In this document: positions 41,001-53,200 of the stretch, one piece after another
How positions within the stretch are numbered: position 1 is the first letter of the stretch
Layout: every line of letters begins with the position of its first letter
Notes under the pieces: model-generated
Database searches by the model: none
Seen by the model: the letters and a program-made list of their open reading frames with translations, nothing else
Told to the model about the DNA's origin: nothing
Position numbers and translations under genes: made by a program
From: the human T2T-CHM13v2.0 reference genome, Homo sapiens
Length of the DNA: 64,000 nt
Strand: one strand, 5' to 3'
Assembly (NCBI RefSeq): GCF_009914755.1
Contig: NC_060933.1

Positions 41001-44000
41001 TCCAATGTATTCCTTTCCATTCCATTGCATTCCATTGCAATCGAGTTGATTCCATTGCTTTGCATTCCATTCCATTCCATTGCATTCCGGATGATTCCAT
41101 TCCATTGCATTCCATTCCATTCCATTCCCCTGCACTCGGGTTGATTCTATTCCATTCCATTCCGTTCCGTTCCATTCCATTCCATTCCATTCTATTCGGG
41201 TTAATTCCATTCCATTCCATTCGATTGCAATCGTGTTGATTCCATTCCATTCCATTCCATTCCATTCCATTCCATTCCTTTCCATTCCATTACGGATGAT
41301 TCCATTCCATTGCATTCCATTCCATTCCATTTCCCTGTACTCGGGTGGATTCCATTCCATTGCATTCCAATCCATGCCCTTCCACTCGTGTTGATTCCAT
41401 TCTTTCCATTCCATTCAAGTTGAATCCATTCCATTGCATTCCATTCCATTCGATTCCATTCGATTGCACTCGGGTTGATTCCATTCCATTGCATTCCATT
41501 CCATTCCATTCCATTCTGTTCCATTCCATTCCATTACATTCGGATTGATTCTATTCAATTCCCTTACACTCCATTACATTCCATTGCATTCGGGTAGTTT
41601 CCATTCCGTTCCATTCCATTCCTCTCCATTCCATTGCACTCGGGTTGATTCCATTCCATTGCATTCCATTCCATTCCATTCAATTACATTCCGTTTCATT
41701 CCATTCCATTTCATTCTGATTGATTCTATTCAACTCCCTTACTCTCCGTTACATTCCATTCCATTCGGGCTGTTCCATTCCATTCCATTCCATTCCACTC
41801 CATTCCTTTGCACTCGGGTTTATTCCATTCCATTCCATTCCATTCCATTCCATTCCATTCCATTCCATTCCGGAAGATTCCATTCCATTGCATTCCATTC
41901 CATTCCATTCCCCTGCACTCGCGTTGATTCCATTCAATTCCATTCCATTCCATTCCATTCCTTTCCGTTCCATTCCATTGCATTCCATTCCATTCCATTC
42001 CATTCCATTCCGTTCCCTTCCGTTCCATTCCATTCCATTCCATTCTATTCGGGTTAATTACATTCCATTCCATTCGATTGCAATCGAGTTGATTCCATTC
42101 CATTCCATTGCATTCCATTCCATTCCATTTCTTTCCATTCCATTACGGATGATTCCATTCCATTGCATTCCATTCCGTTCCATTCCCCTGTACTCGGGTT
42201 CATTCCATTCCATTCCATTCCAATCCATGCCATTCCACTCGTGTTGAATCCATTCTTTCCATTCCATTCAAGTTGAATCCATTCCATTGCATTCCATTCC
42301 ATTCCATTCCCCTGCAGTCGGGTTGATTCCATTCCATTCCATTCCATTCCATTCCATTCCATTCCATTCCATTCCGTTCCTTTCCGTTCCATTCCATTCC
42401 ATTCCATTCTATTCGGGTTAATTCCATTCCATTCCATTCCATTCCATTCCATTCCATTCCAATCGAGTTGATTCCATTCCATTCCATTCCATTCCATTCC
42501 ACTGCATTCCAGTCCTTTCCATTCCATTCCACTCGGGTTGATTCCAATGTATTCCTTTCCATTCCATTCCATTCCATTGCAATCGAGTTGATTCCATTGC
42601 TTTGCATTCCATTCCATTCCATTCCATTCCGGATGATTGCATTCCATTGCATTCCATTCCATTCCATTCCCCTGCACTCGGGTTGATTCCATTCCATTCC
42701 ACTCCATTCCGTTCCATTCCATTCCATTCCACTGTATTCGGGTTAATTCCATTCCATTCCATTCCATTCCATTCCATTCCATTCCTTTACAATCGAGTTG
42801 ATTCCATTCCATTCCATTCCATTCCATTCCATTCCATTCCAGTCCTTTCCATTCCATTCCACTCGGGTTGATTCCATTCTATTAGTTTCCATTCCATTCC
42901 ATTCCCTTCCATTCCACTCTGGTTGATTCCATTCCTTTCCATTCCACTCGAATACATTCCCTCCTATTCCACTCGGAACGATTCCAATCCATTCCATTCC
43001 GTTCCATTCCATTCCATTCCATTCCATTTCGTTCCATTCCATTCTATTCCGTATCATTCCATTCCATTCCATTCCATTCCATTCCATTCCACTCGTGTTG
43101 ATTCCATTCCTTTCCATTCCATTCGGTTTGAAGGCATTCCATTCCATTCCATTCCATTCCATTCCATTCCGTTCCTTTCTGTTCCGTTCCGTTCCGTTCC
43201 ATTCCATTCCATTCCATTCTATTCGGGTTAATTCCATTCCATTCCATTCCATTCCATTCCATTCTATTCCATTCCATTGCAATCGAGTTGAATCCATTGC
43301 ATTCAATTCCATTCCATTCTATTCCATTCCATTGCAATCGAGTTGAGTCCATTGCATTCCATTCCATTCCATTCCATTCCATTCCATTCCGGAAGATTCC
43401 ATTCCATTGCATTCCATTCCATTCCATTCCATTCCGGAAGATTCCATTCCATTGCATTCCATTCCATTCCATTCCCCTGCACTCGCGTTGATTCCATTCC
43501 ATTCCATTCCATTCCATTCCATTCCATTCCTTTCCGTTCCATTCCATTCCATTCCATTCCATTCAATTCCGTTCCGTTCCATTCCATTCCATTCCATTCT
43601 ATTCGGGTCAATTCCATTCCATTCAATTCGATTACAATCGAGTTGATTCCATTCCATTCCATTCCATTCCATTCCATTCCATTCCTTTCCATTCCCCTGC
43701 ACTCGGGTTGATTCCATTCCATTACACTCCATTCTTTCCGTTCCATTCCATTCCATTCCATTCCTTTCTATTCGTGTTAATTCCATTCCATTTTATTCCA
43801 TTCCATTCCATTGAAATCGAGTTGATTCCATTCCATTCCATTCCATTCCATTCCATTCCATTCCATTCCGGATGATTCCATTCCATCGCATTGCATTCGA
43901 TTCCATTCCCCTGCACTCGGGTTGATTCCATTCCATTCCATTACATTCCGTTCCACTCCATTCCATTCTAATCTATTCGGGTTAATTCCATTCCATTCCA

Positions 44001-47000
44001 TTCCATTGCATTCCATTCCATTCCATTGCAATAGAGTTGATTCCATTCCATTCCATTCCATTCCATTCCAATCGATTTGATTCCATTCCATTCCATTCCA
44101 TTCCACTCCATTCCAGTCCTTTCCATTCCATTCCACTCTGGTTGATTCCATTCTATTCCTTTCCATTCCATTACATTCCATTGCAATCGAGTTGATTCCT
44201 TTCGAGTTGAATCCATTCCATTCCGTTCCATTCCATTACATTGCACACGGGTTCATTCCATTCCATTCCATTCCATTCCATTCCATTCCATTTCATTCCA
44301 TTCCATTCTATTCCGTACCATTCCATTCCATCCCATTCCATTCCATTCCATTCCATGCCATTACACTCGGGTTGATTCCATTCCTTTCCATTCCATTCTT
44401 GTTGAATCCATTCCATTCCATTCTATTCGATTCCATTCCATTGCACTCAGGTTGATTCCATTCCATTCCATTCCATTCGATTTCATTCCATTCCATTCCA
44501 TTACATTCGGATTGATTCTATTCAATTCCCTTACACTCCATTACATTCCATTCCATTCGGGATGTTTCCATTCCATTCCATTCCATTCCACTCCATTCCA
44601 TTGCATCGGGTTGATTCCATTCCATTCCATTCCATTCCATTCAATTCCATTCCATTCCATTCCATTCGATTCCGGATGATTCCATTCCATTGCATTCCAT
44701 TCCATTCCATTCCCCTGCACTCGGGTTGATTACATTCCATTCCCTCCCCTTCCATTCCTTTCCATTGCATTCCATTCCATTCTATTCGGGTGAATTCCAT
44801 TCCATTCCATTCCATTCCATTTCATTCCATTCCATTCCATTGCAATCGAGTTGATTCCATTCCATTCCATTCCATTCCTTTCCAGATTATTCCATTCCAT
44901 TGCATTCCATTCCATTCCATTCCCCTGCACTCGGGTTGATTCCTTTCCATTCCATTCCCTTCCATTCCATTCTATTCCATTCCGTTCCATTCCATTCCAT
45001 TCCATTCTATTCGGGTTAATTCCAGTCCATTCCATTCCATTCCATTCCATTCCAATCGAGTTGATTCCATTCCATTCCATTCCATTCCACTCCATTCCAG
45101 TCCTTTCCATTCCATTCCACTCGGGTTGATTCCATTCTATTCCTTTCCATTCCATTCCATTGCAATCGAGTTGATTCCATTGCATTGCATTCCATTCCAT
45201 TCCATTACATTCCGGATGATTCCATTCCATTGCATTCCATTGCATTCCATTCCCCTGCACTCGGGTTGATTCCATTCCATTCCACTGCATTCCATTCCAT
45301 TCCATTCCATTCCATAGTATTCGGGTTAATTCCATTCCATTCCATTCCATTCCATTCCATTCCACTCTATTACAATCGAGTTGATTCCATTCCATTCCAT
45401 TCCATTCCATTCCATTCCTTTGCATTCCATTCCACTCGGGTTGATTCCATTCTATTAGTTTCCATTCCATTCCATTCCCTTCCATTCCACTCTGGTTGAT
45501 TCCACTCCTTTCCATTCCACTCGTATACATTCCCTCCTAATCCACTCGGAACAATTCCATTCCATTCCATTCCATTCCATTCCATTCCATTTCGTTCCAT
45601 TCCATTCTATTCCGTACCATTCCATTCCATTCCATTCCATTCCATTCCATTCCACTCGTGTTGATTCCATTCCTTTCCATTCCATTCGGTTTGAAGCCAT
45701 TCCATTCAATTCCATTCCATTCCATTCCATTCCATTCCATTCCATTCCATTCCATTCCATTTCATTCCATTGTGCTCGGGTTGATTCCATTCCATTGCAT
45801 TCCATTCCATACCATTCAATTCCATTCCGTTCCATTCCATTCCATTACATTCGGATTGATTCTATTCAACTCCCTTACTTTCAATTACATTCCATTCCAT
45901 TCGGATTGATTGTATTCAACTCCCTTACTCTCCATTACATTCCATTCCATTTGGGTTGTTCCATTCCATTCCATTCCATTCCACTCCATTCCATTCCATT
46001 CTATTCGGATTAATTCCATTCCATTCCATTCCATTCCATTCTATTCCATTCCATTGCAATCGAGTTGAATCCATTGCATTTCCTTCCATTCCATTCCATT
46101 CCATTCCATTCCGGAAGTTTCCTTTCCATTGCATTCCATTCCATTCCATTCCCCTGCACTCGCGTTGATTCCATTCCATTCCATTCCATTCCATTCCACT
46201 CCGTTCCATTCCGTTCCATTCCATTCCATTCCATTCCATTCCGTTCCGTTCCGTTCCATTCCATTCCATTCCATTCTATTCGGGTTAATTCCATTCCATT
46301 CCATTCGATTGCAATCGAGTTGATTCCATTCCATTCCATTCCATTCCATTCCATTCCTTTCCATTCCATTACGGATGATTCCATTCCATTGCATTCCATT
46401 CCATTCCATTCCCCTGTACTCGGGTTGATTCCATTCCATTCCATTCCAATCCATGCCATTCCACTCGTGTTGATTCCATTCTTTCCATTCCATTCAAGTT
46501 GAATCCATTCCATTGCATTCCATTCCATTCGATTCCATTCGATTGCACTCGGGTTGATTCCATTCCATTGCATTCCATTCCATTCCATTCCATTCCATTA
46601 CATTACATTCCATTACATTCGGATTGATTCTATTCAATTCCCTTACACTCCATTACATTCCATTCCATTCGGGTAGTTTCCATTCCATTCCATTCCATTG
46701 CTCTCCATTCCATTGCACTCGGGTTGATTCCATTCCATTGCATTCCATTCCATTCCATTCCTTTCCATTCCATTCCATTACATTCGGATTGATTCTATTC
46801 AACTCCCTTATTCTCCATTACATTCCATTCCATTTGGGTTGCTCCATTCCATTCCATTCCATTCCACTCCATTCCATTGCACTCGGGTTGATTCCATTCC
46901 ATTCCATTCCATTCCATTCCATTCCATTCCATTCCGGAAGATTCCATTCCATTGCATTCCATTCCATTCCATTCCCCTACACTCGCGTTGATTCCATTCC

Positions 47001-47150
47001 ATTCCATTCTATTTCATTCCATTCCCTTCCTTTCCGTTCCATTCCATTCCATTCCATTCCATTCCATTCCATTCCGTTCCGTTCGATTCCATTCCATTCC
47101 ATTCTATTCGGGTTAATTCCATTCCATTCCATTCGATTGCAATCGAGTTG

Positions 47151-47265
47151 ATTCCATTCCATTCCATTCCATTCCATTCCATTCCATTCCATTCCTTTCC
47201 ATTCCATTACGGAATGGAATGGAATGGAATGGAATGGAATGGTATGGAATGGAATGGAATGGTAT
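47151..47265. repeat. Inverted repeat across the breakpoint: ~55-bp arms, 5-nt spacer
   Basis: Eleven ATTCC-type pentamers (47151-47205), the spacer ATTAC (47206-47210) and eleven GGAAT-type pentamers (47211-47265), with three mismatches (one tttcc, two ggtat). Confidence 0.85.
47209..47213. other. Intra-satellite inversion breakpoint with 5-bp microhomology ACGGA
   Basis: The sequence reads ...attcctttccattccatt-ACGGA-atggaatggaat... The left motif normally continues cattACGGAtgattcc. The right motif is normally preceded by gga (ggaACGGAatgg). There are no inserted foreign bases. Confidence 0.9.
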
Positions 47266-50200
47266 TGAATAGAATGGAATGGAACGAATTGTAATGGAAT
47301 GGAATTGAATGGAATGGAATGGAATCAACGCGAGTGCAGGGGAATGTAATGGAACGGAATGCAATGGAATGGAATCATCCGGAATGGAATGGAATGGAAT
47401 GGAATGGAATGGAATGGAATGGAATGGAATCAACCCGAGTGCAATGGAAAGGAGTGGAATGGAATGGAATGGAATGGAACAACCCGAATGGAGTGGAATG
47501 TAATGGAGAGTAAGGGAGTTGAATAGAATCAATCCGAATGTAATGGAATGGAATGCAACGGAATGGAATGGAATGGAATGGAATGGAATGCAATGGAATT
47601 GAATCAACCCGAGTACAATGGAATGGAATGGAATGGAATGGAATGGAATGGAATGGAATGGAATGGAATGATACGGAATAGAATGGAATGGAACGAAATG
47701 GAATGGAATGGAATGGAATGGAATGGAATGGAATGGAATGGAATGGAATTGTTCCGAGTGGAATAGGAGGGAATGTGTTCGAGTGGAATGGAAAGGAATG
47801 GTATCAACCAGAGTGGAATGGAAGGGAATGGAATGGAATGGAAACCAATAGAATGGAATCAACCCGAGTGGAATGGAATGGAAAGGACTGGAATGGAATG
47901 GAATGGAAAGGAATCAACTCGATTGTAATGGAATGGAATGGAATGGAATGGAATGGAATGGAATTAACCCGAATACAATGGAATGGAATGGAATGGAACG
48001 GAATGGAGTGGAATGGAATGGAATCAACCCGAGTGCAGGGGAATGGAATGGAATGGAATGCAATGGAATGGAATCATCCGGAATGGAATGGAATGGAATG
48101 GAATGGAATGCAAAGCAATGGAATCAACTCGATTGCAATGGAATGGAATGGAATGGAAAGGAATACATTGGAATCAACGCGTGTGGAATGGAATGGAATG
48201 GAAAGGACTGGAATGGAGTGGAATGGAATGGAATGGAATGGAATGGAATCAACTCGATTGGAATGGAATGGAATGGAATGGAATGGAATTAACCCGAATA
48301 GAATGGAATGGAATGGAATGGAACGGAACGGAATGGAATGGAATGGAATGGAATGGAATGGAATGGAATGGAATCAACCCGACTGCAGGGTAATGGAATG
48401 GAATGGAATGCAATGGAATGGATTCAACTTGAATGGAATGGAAAGAATGGAATTAACACGAGTGGAATGGCATGGATTGGAATGGAATGGAATGGAATCA
48501 ACCGGAGTACAGGGGAATGGAATGGAATGGAATGCAATGGAATGGAATCATACGGAATGGAATGGAATGGAATGGAATGGAATGGAATGGAATGGAATGG
48601 AATGGAATCAATCCGAGTGCAATGGAATGGAGTGGAATGGAATGAAATGGAATGGAACAACCCGAATGGAATGGAATGTAATGGAGAGTAAGGGAGTTGA
48701 ATAGAATCAATCCGAATGTAATGGAATGGAATGCAACGGAATGGAATGGAATGGAATGGAATGGAATGCAATGGAATGGAATCAACGGGAGTACAATGGA
48801 ATGCAATGGACTGGAATGGAATGGAATAGAATGGAATGGAATGAAATGGGATGCCTTCAAACCGAATGGAATGGAAAGGAATGAAATCAACACGAGTGGA
48901 ATGGAATGGAATGGAATGGAATGGAATGATACGGAATAGAATGGAATGGAACGAAATGGAATGGAATGGAATGGAATGGAATGGAATGGAATGGAATGGA
49001 ATGGAATGGAATCGTTCCGAGTGGAATAGGAGGGAAAGTATTCGTGTGGAATGGAAAGGAATGGAATCAACCAGAGTGGAATGGAAGGGAATGGAATGGA
49101 ATGGAAACTAATAGAATGGAATCAACCCGAGTGGAATGGAATGGAAAGGACTGGAATGGAAAGGAGTGGAATGGAATGGAATGGAATGGAATGGAATGGA
49201 ATGGAATGGAATGGAATCAACGCGAGTGCAGGGGAATGGAATGGAATCGAATGGAATGGAATGGAATGGAATGGAATCAACCCGAGTGCAGGGGACTGTA
49301 ATGGAACGGAATGCAATGGAATGGAATCATCCGGAATGGAATGCAATGGAATGGAATGGAATCAACCCGAGTGCAATGGAATGGAGTGGAATGGAATGGA
49401 ATGGAATGGAACAATCCGAATGGAATGTAATGTAATGGAGAGTAAGGGAGTTGAAAAGAATCAATCCAAATGTAATGGAATGGAACGCGATGGAATGGAA
49501 TGGAATGGAATGGAATGGAACGGAATGCAATGGAATGGAATCAAACCGAGTACAATGGAATGGAATGGAATGGAATGGAATGGAATGGAATGGAATGGAA
49601 TGGAATGATACGGAATAGAATGGAATGGAACGAAATGGAATGGAATGGAATGGAATGGAATGGAATGGAATGGAATGGAATCGTTCCGAGTGGATTAGGA
49701 GAGAATGTATTCGAGTGAAATGGAAAGGAATGGAATCAACCAGAGTGGAATGGAAGGGAATGGAATGGAATGGAAACTAATAGAATGGAATCAACCCGAG
49801 TGGAATGGAATGGAAAGGACTGGAATGGAATGGAATGGAATGGAATCAACTCGATTGTAATGGAATGGAATGGAATGGAATGGAATGGAATGGAATGGAA
49901 TCAACCCGAGTGGAATGGAATGGAGTGGAATGGAATGGAATGGAATGGAGAGTAAGGGAGTTGAATAGAATCAATCCGAATGTAATGGAATTGAATGGAA
50001 CGGAATGGAATGGAATGGAATGGAATGGAAACTACCCGAATGGAATGGAATGTAATGCAGTGTAAGGGAATTGAATAGAATCAATCCGAATGTAATGGAA
50101 AGGAATGGAACGGAATGGAATGGAATGGAATGGAATGGAATGGAATGGAATGGAATGCAATGGAATGGAATCAACCCGAGTGCAATCGAATGGAATCAAA

Positions 50201-53200
50201 TTGAATGGAATGCAATGGAATGGATTCAACTTGAATGGAATGGAAAGAATGGAATGAACACGAGTGGAATGGCATGGATTGGAATGGAATGGAATGGAAT
50301 CAACCCGAGTACAGGGGAATGGAATGGAATGGAATGCAATGGAATGGAATCATCCGTAATGGAATGGAAAGGAATGGAATGGAATGGAATGGAATGGAAT
50401 GGAATGGAATGGAATGGAATCAACTCGATTGCAATCGAATGGAATGGAATGGAATTAACCCGAATAGAATGGAATGGAATGGAATGGAACGGAACGGAAT
50501 GGAATGGAATGGAATGGAACGGAACGGAATGGAACGGAATGGAATGGAATGGAATCAACGCGAGTGCAGGGGAATGGAATGGAATGGAATGCAATGGAAT
50601 GGAAACTTCCGGAATGGAATGGAATAGACTGGAATGGAATGGAATGAAATGCAATGGATTCAACTCGATTGCAATGGAATGGAATAGAATGGAATGGAAT
50701 GGAATGGAATGGAATGGAATGGAATTAATCCGAATAGAATGGAATGGAATGGAATGGAACGGAATGGAACGGAATGGAATGGAATGGAATGGAATGGAAT
50801 GGAATGGCATGGAATGGAATGGAATGGTACAGAAAAGAATAGAATGGAACGAATTGTAATGGAATGGAATTGAATGGAATGGAATGGAATGGAATGGAAT
50901 CAACGCGAGTGCAGGGGAATGTAATGGAACGGAATGCAATGGAATGTAATCATCCGGAATGGAATGGAATGGAATGGAAAGGAATGGAATCAACCTGAGT
51001 GCAATGGAATGGTGTGGAATGGAATGGAATGGAATGGAACAACCCGAATGGAATGGAATGTAATGGAGAGTAAGGGAGTTGAATAGAATCAATCCGAATG
51101 TAATGGAATGGAATAGAACGGAATGGAATGGAATGGAATGGAATGCAATGGAATGGAATCAACCCGAGTGCAATCGAATGGAATCACATTGAATGGAATG
51201 CAATGGAATGGATTCAACTTGAATGGAAAGGAAAGAATGGAATCAACACGAGTGGAAGGGCATGGATTGGAATGCAATGGAATGGAATCAACCCGAGTAC
51301 AGGGGAATGGAATGGAATGGAATGCAATGTAATGGAATCATCCGTAATGGAATGGAAGGGAATGGAATGGAATGGAATGGAATCAACACGATTACAATCG
51401 AATGGAATGGAATGGAATTAACCCGAATAGAATGGAATGGAATGGAATGGAACGGAACGGAATGGAATGGAATGGAATGGAATGGAATGGAACGGAACGG
51501 AACGGAATGGAATGGAATGGAATGGAATGGAATGGAATCAACGCGAGTGCAGGGGAATGGAATGGAATGGAATGCAATGGAATGGAATCTTCCGGAATGG
51601 AATGGAATGGAATGGAATAGAATGGAATGGAATGGAATGGAATGGAATCAACCCGAGTACAGGGGAATGGAATGGAATGTATTGCAATGGAATGGAATCA
51701 TCCGTAATGGAATGGAAAGGAATGGAATGGAATGGAATGGAATGGAATGGAATGGAATCAACTCGATTGCAATCGAATGGAATGGAATGGAATTAACCCG
51801 AATAGAATGGAATGGAATGGAACGGAACGGAACGGAACGGAATGGAATGGAATCGAGTGGAACGGAACGGAATGGAATGGAATGGAATGGAATGGAATGG
51901 AATGGAATCAACGCGAGTGCAGGGGAATGGAATGGAATGGAATGCAATGGAATGGAATCTTCCGGAATGGAATGGAATGGAATGCAATGGATTCAACTCG
52001 ATTGCAATGGAATGGAATAGAATGGAATGGAATGGAATGGAATGGAATTAACCCGAATAAAATGGAATGGAATGGAATGGAACGGAACGGAACGGAACGG
52101 AATGGAATGGAATGGAATGGAATGGTATGGAATGGAATGGAATGGTACGGAATAGAATGGAATGGAAAGAATTGGAATGGAATGGAATCGAATGGAATGG
52201 AATGGAATGGAATGGAATCAACCCGAGTGCAGGGGAATGTAATGGAACGGAATGTAATGGAATGGAATCATCCGGAATGGAATGGAATGGAATGGAATGG
52301 AATGGAATGGAATGGAACCAACTCGATTGTGATGGAATGGAATGGAATGGAATGGAATGGAATTAACCCGAATACAATGGAATGGAATGGAATGGAACGG
52401 AATGGAGTGGAATGGAATGGAATCAACCCGAGTGCAGGGGAATGGAATGGAATGGAATGCAATGGAATGGAATGCAATGGAATGGAATGGAATGGAATGG
52501 AATGCAAAGCAATGGAATCAACTCGATTGCAATGGAATGGAATGGAATGGAAAGGAATACATTGGAATCAACCCGAGTGGAATGGAATGGAAAGGACTGG
52601 AATGGAGTGGAATGGAATGCAATGGAATGGAATGGAATCAACTCGATTGGAATGGAATGGAATGGAATGGAATGGAATGGAATGGAATGGAATTAACCCG
52701 AATAGATTGGAATGGAATGGAATGGAATGGAACGGAACGGAACGGAATGGAATGGAATGGAATGGAATGGAATGGAATGGAATCAACCCGACTGCAGTGG
52801 AATGGAATTGAATGGAATGCAATGGAATGGATTCAACTTGAATGGAATGGAAAGAATGGAATCAACACGAGTGGAATGGCATGGATTGGAATGGAATGGA
52901 ATGGAATCAACCCGAGTACAGGGGAATGGAATGGAATGGAATGCAATGGAATGGAATCATCCGTAATGGAATGGAAAGGAATAGAACGGAATGGAATGGA
53001 ATGGAATGGAATGGAATGGAATCAACTCGATTGCAGTCGAATGGAATGGAATGGAATTAACCCGAATAGAATGGAATGGAATGGAATGGAACGGAACGGA
53101 AGGGAACGGAACGGAATGGAATGGAATGGAATGGAATGGAACGGAAAGGAATGGAATGGAATGGAATGGAATGGAATGGAATGGAATCAACGCGAGTGCA

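Larger units (their letters stand above)
1..47208 (+). repeat. Human/primate Satellite 3 (HSat3) array, C-rich (CATTC)n strand on +
   Basis: Continuous diverged CATTC pentamers interspersed with ACTCGGGTTG/ACTCGCGTTG/ACTCGTGTTG/AATCGAGTTG decamers, the classical Satellite 3 signature. It lacks the dense CATTCGATTC/GATGATTC pattern typical of HSat2. The array runs off the left edge. Confidence 0.97.

Noticed and set aside
47151-47265. Fold-back read artefact or transposon terminal inverted repeat at the strand switch
   Set aside because: The arms are not mirror copies beyond generic pentamers, and there is no target-site duplication, insert or transposase. A misassembly still needs read-level exclusion.
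47113-47862. Chimeric ORF switching from HSIPF to MEWNG repeats
   Set aside because: It simply reads through the inversion junction, and there is no evidence of coding function.
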